Shown here: piece after piece, positions 25,101 to 36,611 of the stretch
How the letters are laid out: every line of letters begins with the position of its first letter
How positions within the stretch are numbered: position 1 is the stretch's first letter
NCBI GenBank assembly: GCA_905178155.1
Contig: CAJINV010000002.1
Span: forward strand, 2,378,162 to 2,442,161
From: Amoebophrya sp. A120
Lineage: Eukaryota > Protista > Dinoflagellata
Direction: 5' to 3'
Length of the DNA stretch: 64,000 nucleotides
Translations under genes and position numbers: made by a program
The notes under the pieces: generated by a model
The model's input: the letters and a program-made list of their open reading frames with translations, nothing else
Told to the model about the DNA's origin: nothing
The model's database searches: none

Positions 25101-28100
25101 AAACTTGATGTCCAAATTGTCCCGGATGTTCACCTATGCATTGCAAATATGTCTGGGTCTGGAAACTTGTAATGCTAAAAAGGAATGATAGACGCACTGT
25201 AATACGCACCTATGCATGACAAATTTTTTGGCTGCCATGTGTTACGTATTTCGCATGGCAAACTGCGTTTTTGCATGACACGTAAGAGGACCTTTTTGTG
25301 CCCATGCAACACAGATTCTCGAGTCATGCCAGACAAGCATGACAAACTTGCAATCTTCCAGTCTCAGACATATTTGCAATCCGTATCAACACCTGCTCCC
25401 TCCGGTCGTGTTCCGACTGCGGAAAGACACCGCCCTCCACCTTTTATCCCAAGAAAAAAGTGTTAATACAGTTACACTCTACTAATGGAAGACAAGCAAC
25501 ACAGACAACCTCTGTCATGCAGGAAATGCATGCCAGCCTCAGTTCATTCGTGTTTTCCCTTATACTCTGCGCATCACAGCTTTTCTTTGCCATGTCGAGC
25601 AACTTTGTGATGCAGAAACTCGAACAGATGTGTAACCGTAACACTTTTTTCCTGTGATACCTTTGCGTGATCCGACACTGCCAAAAAAGTGAACCACGCG
25701 GCCTCCTCGAGGTACAAAATATCTTGTGCAAAAGTATCGTACTCGTATTGTAATCATGCATTACAAATCTTTTCGTCAAGGTAAATCAGCATTACAAATT
25801 TTATGTCTCATGCTGAGGAAATTTGTAATGCATTTATACGAGTACGATACTTTTGCACTGCATATAAAAACCAAAACAGCAAGTAGTGGTTCGCTGCACG
25901 GTTTTTCTGTCCCAGGAAAAAACTGTTTCACTGTGATGGCTTTGCAAGATCTGCATCACAAGTTTGCTACACATGACACTGAAAATTTGTCATGCGGGCT
26001 TCCAAAGGGAAAACACGCTTGAAAAATCCAATGTCTTGCAGGTGTAGCAAGACAAATAGTTCTGTGTTCCATTTTCTGCATCACAAGTTCACAGTGAAAC
26101 AGTTTTTTCTTGCGATATTTTCGCCAACGAAAGCAAAGAAGTCCGGGAGAGTTGAATCGCCGGGAGACGGCAGGACGGTGCTGCCGCTGCGAGGTTCTTT
26201 TCACCAGGATTTTTCCCAACACCCTGCCCGTGTAGTTGTTCCCCCTCTACAAGAACTTCTTCCGCAGCGAGATAGACGCAGTCCAGGGCTCTCTGCAAAT
26301 GCTTCAACACCAGATCCTCGGCCGTTTTTCCGTTGGTAAGAATCAAACTCCTCTCCCGCTCGGAGGTGAAGCTGATCTCCGTACTGTTCTGAAGATTTTT
26401 TCCGTGGTTTGTCGTGCTGTTTTCATCATCGGTTAGAGCCGATTGTCGCACGGATTTCTCTAGTTGTACACTGTCACCGCTAATAGAAGACGATGAGGAG
26501 AGCGAAGCCGTCGTGGTTGCACTAGTCGTACTTGATGTGGACGAAAATTCAACATTTTCGTCCAGAAACAATTTTCCACTTTCCACCACTCCGATAGCGT
26601 GATTGAGGTAAAATTTCTCATGGTCACGCGCCTTTTTCTGCAGAAGTGCCAGCTCCTGAACTTCATCTTCCGTGAGTGTCGAAGTTAGTACTTGCGACGT
26701 TTCTCTTGTTTGTGTAGCTGCAGGATCAACATCAGAATTCTCCTGCTCCCCAGTGGCCGCGCCAGCGTTAATATTTCTGCTTTTCATCATTTTCGCGGCG
26801 TTTTCTACCTCGAAATCGTGCAAATTCCGGAAGACGTGACAGGCGAACTGCAGGACATCGGCATTGTAGAGCTTATTCGCCTCTCCCGCTTTCAGCCATG
26901 ACTGCATCTCCCATCTGTCGTCGGTTACACGCTCGCGATGGTAGTTGAAATAGATCGGGGAGTATGCACTACAAATTTACCACGACACACGAAGAACACG
27001 TAGCAGGACATCCATCTTCACAAATTTCGCTAATAACGCAGTACAGAACCGAAGTTGTTTATTGGCACGCTCAATAACAGGTAGCAGAACAAGAGTGCTG
27101 TCATGCTTGTTGGTCAGCATCTGTACTTCGTGTGGTGCGGTAGTAAATTTCCTCTCGGTAAAAAGCCACTCGCGTCTACCAAATGCAATTCTGTATTCAT
27201 GCTTGGTTCCGTATCGTTGTTCTGCTCCTCTTTATGATCTTGGGAAGGAGAAGTACTTGTAGACGCAGAACCTGTTGCATCTGCCTCGTCAACACCGCCT
27301 GCTGACATCAACTTCTCAGAAGTCGCATTTGTGATCTTATCCCTCGTCTTCTTCGTGATCCGCTGCCAGCTTTTCCTATGAACTGCAAAAGCATCGTACT
27401 CGTATAAATGCATTACAAATTAGCCCAGCATTACAAATTGAATTTGTATTGCTGATTTACCCTGAGAAAGAGATTTGTAATGCATAAATGCAGTTACTAC
27501 GAGTACGATACTTTTGCACAGGATATTTCCGGTGCACCGCAGCAGTAGCGAGAAACATGGTGTAAAGATCGTCGCAAACGTTGTTCTTCACCATCATGTA
27601 TCAAGTGCAAAAGTGTCCGGGTCTGGAAAAGTGTAAACTTGTGATGCAGATTTTCCATGACCCATGAGGTCTGGAATACGGGACTTAGCATGACAGACTC
27701 AGGTGCGAGGTCTCTGCCATGCCTATCCTGCATGAGAAAGTTCCTTCCATTTTGGTCAAAAGTGGACAGGTTTTGGCACTCATGCAACACAGATTTTTGC
27801 ATGCTTCAGATTTACCATGAGAAGTTGCCACCTTCCAGACCCAGACATTTTTGCATTTGATATCATGGAAAAGTCTTCAATCTCCACAAAATCCCGCAGG
27901 TCCCGCTCATTCCAGGGCAAGAGGGCGTTTTCATCTACTGCAAAGGGATCATATGGAGGTGTAGGTGGAGTAGCACCAGCTACCTCAGAACCCCCTAATT
28001 CTAATTCATTCTTCCTGCTTGTGGTCGTAATTCTTGTTGATGTTGCTGCACCTCCTGCTGCGGAGTTGTGGTTTCGCACTGGTCTCGCTCCCAAGGTGGG

Positions 28101-28193
28101 AGCAGCATTAGAAGAGGCTTTGCTGCCCTTGGCCTTGCCGCTGTGGAAAAGCAGAAAGAAGAAAAACGAGGGGAGATGACAAGCGAACGACAT
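22166..28193 (-). CDS. Signal-peptide protein with C-terminal class I SAM-dependent methyltransferase (Methyltransf_24-like)
   Basis: After splicing: VAEIGVFSG, AAVDPW, FDLVFIDSDHSY, LRPGGLLVGHD. Twelve introners. Stop TAG at 22166-22168. Confidence 0.8.
22257..22514. mobile_element. Family A introner
   Basis: A-type TIR; TSD cgccc. Confidence 0.88.
22848..23150. mobile_element. Family A introner
   Basis: A-type TIR; TSD ggcac/ggcgc. Confidence 0.9.
23191..23345. mobile_element. Family B introner
   Basis: B-type TIR; TSD agtcg/ggtcg. Confidence 0.88.
23669..23818. mobile_element. Family B introner (opposite orientation to 4274-4423)
   Basis: Starts tatcctgtgcaaaagt, ends cttttgcaatgcata; TSD cgcaa. 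Confidence 0.9.
24836..25097. mobile_element. Family A introner
   Basis: A-type TIR; diverged TSD gctga/gttaa. Confidence 0.88.
25135..25385. mobile_element. Family A introner
   Basis: A-type TIR; right end mutated (ccgta); TSD tcacc/tcaac. Confidence 0.85.
25445..25659. mobile_element. Family F introner
   Basis: F-type TIR; TSD ccttt. Confidence 0.9.
25720..25864. mobile_element. Family B introner
   Basis: B-type TIR; TSD caaaa/taaaa. Confidence 0.88.
25908..26117. mobile_element. Family C introner
   Basis: C-type TIR; left end TGT instead of TAT; TSD ttttc. Confidence 0.88.
26963..27160. mobile_element. Family I-like introner (degenerate)
   Basis: tatgcactacaaatttac...gtaaatttcctctcggta; heavily diverged TSD gggag/aaaag; frame still restored. 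Confidence 0.7.
27377..27525. mobile_element. Family B introner
   Basis: B-type TIR; TSD tttcc. Confidence 0.9.
27599..27862. mobile_element. Family A introner
   Basis: A-type TIR; TSD tcatg. Confidence 0.9.
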
Positions 28194-28361
28194 GGTGTTC
28201 ACTTGATGCTAGCTTGTTACTTCTCGCTAGTCTGACCTTAAATTCGTGTCCAAATAAAGAATGCTGTAAGTAACGACATACAGGACCACGGCTTTTGCAA
28301 AAACATGTATTCCACACGGCACAGCGTCGGCTTCGAATCTCGAGCGCGACCGCAAAAGACC

Positions 28362-28366
<5 letters not shown>

Positions 28367-28396
<30 letters not shown>
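28367..28396 (+). repeat. (AG)15 microsatellite
   Basis: Seen directly, upstream of the methyltransferase gene. Confidence 0.95.
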
Positions 28397-28398
<2 letters not shown>

Positions 28399-29244
28399 TG
28401 AGTCGCGCATGAAAAATCTTCACAGAATCAAGATGCCACATGGGACGTAGAACAGCAGCGGGAATAGAACATCGCCATGCAATCATAAAAAAAACGCCAC
28501 AAAGGGTCGTACAGAGGCACAGCTGCGAAGCAAACGCAGACTTTCAATTTTCACGAATCTCATGACATTTATGCTCAAGTAGCAGTAAAAGATTCGTTGA
28601 CATCAATTCGATTGTCCAAACAATGGCACTTTGGTGGGTGAAACAGTGGCTGGAAATACCGTCTAAATCAAAAAATTTCCCACGACCACTCAATCGTCCT
28701 ACCAATTGCACATTGCTCTATATTACAGGGTCTGAGTTTCATGTTCGCTTCCATCCTTAGTCATCGAGGACGGTTCTTGCTATAAAAACGATTTACGGTC
28801 ACTGTCAAATGTCCCCGCGATCCCGAGCCGGGCCGGCAACATAGAAAACAAGCTTCTCTGATTTCTTAAAGATTCCAATGCCTACTGCTGTACTGTCCTA
28901 ATTTTTTTTTTCCCAGTCATGTGAAGAATGACACGAGTAGCTACGAGCTAATTTTTTCCTTACAGGAGCAAAGATTGGGTTTATGGGTACATACTAAAGG
29001 GAATTCAGAAGCAGGAACTACTTCCCTGTGCTTCGCTCCAGCAAAATCTTCGATGTCTTATACAGCTCCAGTTTGCAGCTGCTCAACAGCGGGCAGCTTC
29101 CTCTGCGTTTCTAAATTGATCGTAGTCGTCTGAGGGTTCTGCGGTGTGGTAACTAACGTCCAGACAGTTGTAAGTACATCCTTCGCCGTGTGGAAATAAC
29201 GCTGCAGTTCCAAGTATGAGTTTTCGCCCTCTGCTAGAAGAACT

Positions 29245-32200
29245 TCACTGCATTCCGCAACTCGACCCCAGCCCGCCGGTTTGGTTTTCGTTCTTCCCGT
29301 ATCAAGTGTAAAAATGTCTGGGTCTGGAAACTTGTGATGCTGGGTTGCGTCTCATGATGAGGCTACGAATACTGGCTCAGCATGACAAGTTTCTCAGCTC
29401 CTAGGCGTTGCCTATTCAGCATGACAAACTGCGGCTCTGCATCACAGAAAAACGGAGCTCTTGGGTAACGTGCATACCAGATTTAAGAGTCATGCCAGAC
29501 AAGCATGACAAACATGAATTCTTCCAGACCCAGACATTTTTACAGTTGATATCCCGTTCAAGCGCTTACCCCCGGAATAGCCGGCGGTGCAGGAAGAAGA
29601 TAGTGCGTGTTGCAGGAAAACTTGCTCGCCCATCTGATGTTCAGTTCGAGATAGAGTTTATTCGACCGCTCCATGCACTTGGAAGTGAAATTCGTATTTT
29701 ACAACTACAAAACGCATTCGCATAGCCAAGCATCTCGTCCCGCATGACAGAATAAAAGTAGCAAACCTCAGCATCAGAAGCAACAAAAAAAGTACGTGCT
29801 GCAGTAATCTCTTCCCGTCTTTTTCCAACGAGGGGAGAAATGCACAGTTCTGTTCGCTCGCAAACAGCGCCGCATTCTCCAGCGCGTTGTCCCTGCATTC
29901 CTCTCCGTCGGGTACAAACCCGATGACAAACCCGGGCGTGTTGTCCCCCAACCGCGGCGCGTTATCCCTCGCAACGGCGATCAGCTCTTTTTGGGCTAGA
30001 AACTCGTTCTCCTCCGTTTTCGCATCCGACAAGTCGACGGGAATCAGGAGAACGAGGGAAAACGCTTGGAAAAAAGACCGGGGCAGCGGGTTGGTGCAGC
30101 TTGGGGGAGCGGTTGTTAAAGGCGAATCTGCAGTTGTCTCTGGTGGTGCTGGTGTTCCTGATGTGTTTGTGTTACTACTGCTGCTAGAAGTCGTCGATGT
30201 ACTCCCGCCACTGCCTCCTAACATGGTCTTTGGCGTGGCCAAAATTTCCAGATCCACCGCTGTCGTGCCGCATTTCACTTCGATCACGCAACTACTTTCC
30301 ACCTTTTTCTTGTCGGATGCAGTAGTAGTACCAATCCCCGGAGAGGTAGAGGATTTATTATTTCCCGCTTTCAACAATTTCTCAACCACATGCTCCGGAT
30401 CGCTGGTGCCTAAAACCAACACCCGCCCGCGAATGTTCTTACTGGAGGAACCCGTCGAAGGTGCCCCGTCCTGATCAGTATGACTCGAAGTCGTGGCTGT
30501 TGTGGAACTACTACCGCTCTGCCCACAAGAACTTGCCGCTCCCCCGGCGCTCCCGAAAACATCAATCCCCCTCTGTTGCAAAAAGTCCCGTCCCTGCGTG
30601 CTGATCTGCAGTTGCGTCGCCAACCTTGCGCACACACTCGGACGCCGGGCGTCGATAATGGAGATGCTCGGGCGCCGGATGTCGGCCAGAGAAATGGAAG
30701 GCCGCCGGGCCTCGAGAAATTTCGCCTGCGAGCGCGGGGTCAGACAGTTGTTACCACTAGACGGTGATGTTGCACAGTTATCCTGGTTCTGTTGTTTCCG
30801 CGCTCCTACACCCATACTACTACTTGCCCCTCCTGTATCCAAGAAAAAAACATTGTAGGTGTAACTTTTTTGGAGGGACAGCATTACAAATCTGTCTGGC
30901 ATGACAGCAAAACCCTGTCATGCGCAGATAGTACGTGAAAACGCCCTTTAATGGACCATACGATGCATAAAAAGCATGACAGACGCAATCATCTTGCATG
31001 TTGCGCATCACAAATTTACACTAACAAGGTTTTTTTCCTCGATATCCTGCGCCAGCCCGCGTGCGCGGTTTGAAGGACGCAGACCCGCCAAGCAGACTCG
31101 CACTCGACGCGCTGGTTTGTAGGAGTTTTTGATTTTGTTCACCGGTAGATGGGCCTAGGCTTCGGTCGTCCGGAGGAGTACCCGGGCCTGTGAAAGTAGG
31201 TGCGGCCGTCGTACAACTAGTGGAAACAGCAGCTCCGCTCGCGCCTCCCAACACTGGTGGTTTGTTTTGCTTCCTGCGCAATGCGGAAAGGTTGACTGGG
31301 GCGGGAGCAACAGCAGCTCCCGCGGAATCTACAAGCCTCGCGTTGCTCTTTGCAGTAGAAGTATCAGTGCCCGCGCCGTCAGCTGTACTTTCCGCACCGC
31401 AACTCGTCGCACTGGATGATTTATTTTCCCCGAGAGTCCTGCTGCCCATGAGCTTTGCTAAGTTCGGGTTGTTGTTTCTTGGATGTTGCGGAAGATTTGT
31501 TTCATTATTTCCCGCGTTGTTACAACCCATTCCTGCGACCGTCTTCGCTGTCGCGCTTCGGATCCCGAGCGCTCGCAAAGCCTCCAGCGACTGTTTGTTG
31601 TCGTGCGAATATGACCCGCTCAGACGTTACAATCTCAACTGTTACAATAGAATCTGGAAAGCTGTGATGCAAGAACTGCAAGATTTAGCCTACTACCATA
31701 GGATTGCGCATGACAAGTTTCGGAGTCCCAAGAAACCCACCTGAAAAAATCCGGCGAAATTTGTATTGCGAAAAGCTCAATTCTCTCTGCGTTCCTCGTC
31801 ATGCTCTTCATGCAATACAAATTCCAGACTCTATTGTAACGTTTGAGATTGTAACGCTTGGGCAGGCCATAGCGAAATCGACCCGCGTCTCGATTCCAAC
31901 GAGAACGACCCCCGTCGGAGCTCGTTCAGCCGGGTGGAAGACGAAGCCGATGCAGGTCCTGATGTTGTAGCAGATATGGAAGTGTCAGGATTGAAATCGA
32001 CAAAGTTGAAATGATTTGTCATGCATAAAATGGATGCCAGTTGGGGCCCAGTTTCTAAGTGGCGCATGACAACTTTTGGTGGTGCCTGAATCCAGTTTGT
32101 AATGCTGTTTTCGTATTGAAGACGCCTTTTGTCATGCTACTTTAGCAGCTCTTCTCTACCCCTCAACAGGCTTACAATCTGCCTCCCTTGCCTACTCTGC

Positions 32201-34364
32201 AAGACAGGCACTTTGTGAGTTGCATTTTATGCATCGCAAACTATTTCAACTTTGACGATTTCAATACTGACGCCGCCATAGCAGAAGCAAACCCTTTAAT
32301 GCTTCCGTCAGTCATATCGTTCCGGAGCGAAGAGAGATTTTGCGGTAAACCGGTGGTAGAGGAGACGCAGACGCAGACGCGTCTCGATTCCAACGAGAAC
32401 GACCCCCGTCGGAGCTCGTTGAGCCGGGTGGAAGACGAAGCCGGTCCAGCAGGTCCTGCTGTTGTAGAAGTAAACCTGCTCCCGTCAATCACGCTGTTAG
32501 GGCGGCCAAGCGAAGAGAGATTTTGCGGTAAACCCGTGGTAGAGGAGACGCAGACGCTCCCGCGGCGCAAATCAACCACGGAACCACTGGAGGACAGTAT
32601 CAAAATGAAAAATCCCCCCTGCCCAGATCAAAACGAAAAATTTGTGATGCTGATTTGTGGCCACAGATCAGCTTTGTATTGCAGAGAGGCATGGCGGCCA
32701 GATCCCCTGGCTAGGTAGGGCGTATGGGCCGAGTTGTTCAGCATGGCAAACGGCTCCCCTTTAGGCCCAACAGCATGACAAACAGCTTCCATAATATGGC
32801 GGACACTTCTGCCCTTGTCTTCTTGCAAGACAGATGTGATTTGTGACCTCAAACCCGAAACACAAATTTTTGGAAACATACCTTTTCAATATGGGGAGGG
32901 GGGATTTTTCCTCTCAATAGACAGGCGGCCGGAGTTACTGCTGCTCGAGTTTTCCGCGGGCTGCGAGGGGTCTGGTGTTATTTTACTTATTTTTTCCATT
33001 TTCGTTTTATTGCGGCAAAAAATAAACTTGTGATGCGAAGGGCCGCAAGGCAGATCTTCCGGGTCATGCAAAACCTGTATGGCAAAAAAAAGTGCTGTCA
33101 AAATCATAATACCATTTCCGACGTTTCTCATCATCAGTAGCTTCTTTTGCATCGCTTGCCCGCCGGTTAACTCTCCTCTTTCTGTCGACAATTGCGTGGA
33201 AAGCTCCTCAATCTTGGCCTGCATCTGCTCCCGCTCGCGCTCCCAGATGCGGGAAACGCTATCTCCACAATCGATGTCGTCGATAACTGAGTGAGACTGC
33301 CCGCAGTCGGTTGTACTCAGGGTGTGAGAGTTGTTGCAGTTGTAATCACTCGGATCCAGGTGGAGAATTTTGGTGCCAAAAGTGGTGGTCGCAGAAGGAG
33401 TTGTTCCGGGCGTGAGTCTATGCATTGCAAAAGTATCGTAGAAGTCGTACTCGTACTAATCGCATCTATGCATTACAAATTTTTGTTGTCAAGTCAAATT
33501 CGCAATACAAATTTCATTTCTCATCCTGAGGAAATTATTTGTCATGCGATTTATACTAGTGCGATCCCTTTACAGTGCATACAGTCCCGCCTTGTGATTA
33601 TTTTCCGACGTCTCCTCGCCACTGCTTGGTGACTGCGGTCCAGAGGAAGAACTGCTGCAACAGTCGGCTCCTGAGTTAGCGCTGTTCTCACGCTTACCAC
33701 CAGGAGTCCCACTCGACACAGCAATCGCTGTGCCGTGGAAAGATTGGTAGCTTGTCCCGGCGGATGAGCCACTTCTGCTCGTACCATCTGCCTGCGGCAG
33801 CGCGTCGCGAATGAATTTGTTTTTCTTACCCCGATAAACAGGGACGTTGTTCATCTGCCTGTTTCCTGTGTCCGCGCTGCTCTCCGCTGCGGTGGTGGGA
33901 GTCGTAATGTCGTGGTCTACACCTTCGAGTAAATTCGTGACCCGGAGCCGCGTCTGGTCTGCATTCGGCGCGCAGAAAGTCATCCAAAATTGGTCCTCAT
34001 CGTCGTCCCCATTACCACCCGCATTGCTGTAGCAGCCGGGGCTTGGCGCCGAGCCGTAGAAGGCCTGCCAGCCGTCGCGAATCACCACGTCCTCCTCTGG
34101 AGAGGCCGGTTTTGAAGTGACAGACGAGGAGGAGGAGGAGGAAGGTCCCGACGTCATTGTAGTAACTGTAGTAAGGGACGCCGTTTGCTGTTGCTCTTTT
34201 ACTGGTTCTGGTTCCACTGTCCCCTCCCGAGAAATGGTTCCTCCATCATCGCCCCCCTGGTCCGCGAGCACGGCTCCGGATGTCATACGGGATTCATCTG
34301 ACTTTGTCGTCCTCGTCCCTCCTTCATTCTGGTCGCTGGAGGGGGCTGCAATTATAGCGTCCAT
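29245..34364 (-). CDS. Unknown membrane protein with internal repeats rich in RRxS motifs; 3' end unresolved
   Basis: ORFs 33570-34364, 32886-33425, 32241-32603, 31021-31578 and 29658-30902 are separated by introners. Coiled coil plus TM (GIMILTALFFAIQVL) and repeated RRGS/RRPS motifs. Confidence 0.65.
29300..29551. mobile_element. Family A introner (last exon or 3' UTR)
   Basis: A-type TIR; TSD tcccg; closely similar to 7894-8149. Confidence 0.9.
30836..31044. mobile_element. Family G introner
   Basis: G-type TIR, opposite orientation to 18282-18490; TSD tcctg. Confidence 0.9.
31610..31871. mobile_element. Family K introner
   Basis: tatgacccgctcagacgttacaatctca...tgagattgtaacgcttgggcaggccata; TSD gcgaa. 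Confidence 0.88.
31975..32280. mobile_element. Family J introner
   Basis: About 58-bp TIR tatggaagtgtcaggattgaaatcgacaaagttgaaat...; TSD gcaga. Confidence 0.9.
32598..32919. mobile_element. Family D introner
   Basis: D-type TIR, opposite orientation to 5050-5370; TSD gacag. Confidence 0.9.
33419..33581. mobile_element. Family B introner
   Basis: B-type TIR; TSD gagtc/cagtc. Confidence 0.88.
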
Positions 34365-34977
34365 CTTTATTCCGTTTCCTCTCGACGAACGTGGGTGGTC
34401 AACGGCGGTCGCAATATTATGTACAGCGTACTTAGGTTTTCATTTTGAACAACGGCGGCGGCAAAAGACCCTCCTTCGATAAGTCCAACTGACGAAGAAG
34501 TTGCAGCCACCTACACTTGATACTAGACGATCAAGAAATACAATTTGTTATCGGGCTTCGGCTTCGCGACCACTGCGAAACACATGAAACCCAAGCAAGT
34601 CGGGCTCAAGGCTGGTTTTAATTGAATTATCTTCCTCTGACACAGGTCGCTCTGAACAAGCCAACAAGAGAACTGAAAAACAAGACAGAATTTGCAAACG
34701 TCTTGAGGTGAATAAGTTTCGGCTGCTGTGGGCTCTTGATGACGTTGAAACAGTTCTTGTTCTTCTTTCACTTGTGCATTATCAAAGTAGAGCAGCGTCG
34801 TAATAGACTATGACCACACGAGACACGTTTCATTGGAAACAACGCAACGTTGAGGCCCTCGTACCGAACTCCGAAGAAGATTTCAGCACATCTACAAATC
34901 GGCAACGGGCAGAACAAGAAGTTCCTTACGTGGAAAGAACTTCATTTCCTCTCTTCAGACCAACACGCTGGAACAGC

Positions 34978-36151
34978 TAGCATGAGAAGTGGTGAATTTG
35001 TAGTGAATTTTGCATGACAGAGTGCAGATGAGTCCGCCGGGACATTGTCCCTTTTGCCCTTCTGGGAAGTGGATTCTGCACACCGCAGAAGTCAAGGCTT
35101 ATGCGGCGGGCAGCTTCTTCTAGACATGGCCTGGGTGCCGTTCTTTGCCCATGTCTATGCGCCTCCCTGTGCTTGCATAAGAGCACTGCAGCAGCCGCGG
35201 CAAAGACGCCAAAAAGAAAGGCTGCGAGCAAGCGCGTGCAAATTAAGCAAGAAGGCGAGAAAGCAAGGGCGAAAGGACCAGGCCGAGAGCTTTGACGCGT
35301 CTATCCGGCAGGCGCGTGAACTTTCCAGGCCACCTTTTCGGCAGAATATAGACGGGCTGAGTGCAGCAGAGGGCGCCTGTCCTTTCCCCTCGGCCCCACT
35401 TCCCAGGGCCTACCTGTGCACTTTTTTGAGCACTTTTCTGCTCTAAAGTTTGCTTATCACGATCGAAAAACGGGGCCCGGTGAATTTTGGGGCGAATTTT
35501 GAAAAAGCCGTGGGTGAATTTTGGCCCAAGGTGTCTATTCAAAATTCGCTAACGCACGAGAAACTCCGGGTTCTGGGGCTTCAAAAAAGTGTCGCCAAAA
35601 CAAAAAGCCCCAAAATTCCCTAAGAGAATTCCTGATCTGGGGGTCACGTCGAAAAGGCCTCGCTCCGGAGGCAAAAACACACCTGGGGAGTTGTAACTAA
35701 GCAGAGCACAGCAGGCGAAGCAAGCTAGCGCCCGCGGCCGAATCGTGCCTCCCCTTCCACCCGAGGCTGCTCCCAGATATCCGAGTCCAAGCCGAGCCAA
35801 CCACAACTCGCGAGAGCATACATGTTGAACTAGTGCCCCGGTGTTCAGGCGTCGTCCTCCCTTTCGACCATTCCAGAGAGGAACTTCTGAGGCAGACGCG
35901 CAGATTAACAAGAGCCCCACGAGCCGCCGTCTTTGGTTACATGTACACTACACAGTCCGGCGGACCCCCGCAAGGCCACTTCTTTCGGTGCTGCAAGTGA
36001 CTGTGCCACCGGGCGACGAGCAGCCCTTCATGCTGCGTGGGCTGCTTGGGCTCGTGTCCAGCCCTTTGCGCTGCGTACAACTTCTCTTTTAAAGCAATAA
36101 ATGCAAGTCATGCAATACAAATTCACTGCAAATTCACCCTTCTGTATGTTA
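34978..36151. mobile_element. Putative 1.2-kb intergenic TIR element with GC-rich interior
   Basis: Imperfect inverted ends (gaagtggtgaatttgtagtgaattttgcatgac / gtcatgcaatacaaattcactgcaaattcacccttc). A roughly 45-bp flanking segment occurs on both sides (about 34929 and 36172). Confidence 0.45.
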
Positions 36152-36611
36152 ACGACCGTCCAAGGCATAAACGTGGAAAGAACTTCATTTCCTCTCTTCA
36201 AAGCAAACCAACACGCCGGAAAACCTTGCGGCTTCTCCTTCTCAGCAGCTTCGGCTTCCTGAGACTAAAGAACGCAAGGAAATCATTTTTTCCTGCGAAG
36301 GCTCAATTTTATATTTATTTTCTGGTACTTACAACTGAAGGCGATCTGTACTCGCCTCACGAATCGCTTTCCGGTTCTTTTCTTTTGTCGTTTTCTACTC
36401 TACCGCACCGTTCCGCGCGGTCGCTTGATTTATTCTCGTCGACGTAGTTGATTTTCGGTCTACATCAGAAATCTAGGTGAAACGACAGCACACGCATAAT
36501 TTTTTAGTACAATACTTTGTTTATAAAATTACAAAACTCTATACCTAATTCAAATATATTCCAAGATGTGCTTCCACAGAGCAAATTTGCTCCGCTGCGG
36601 GGCATTCTGTA

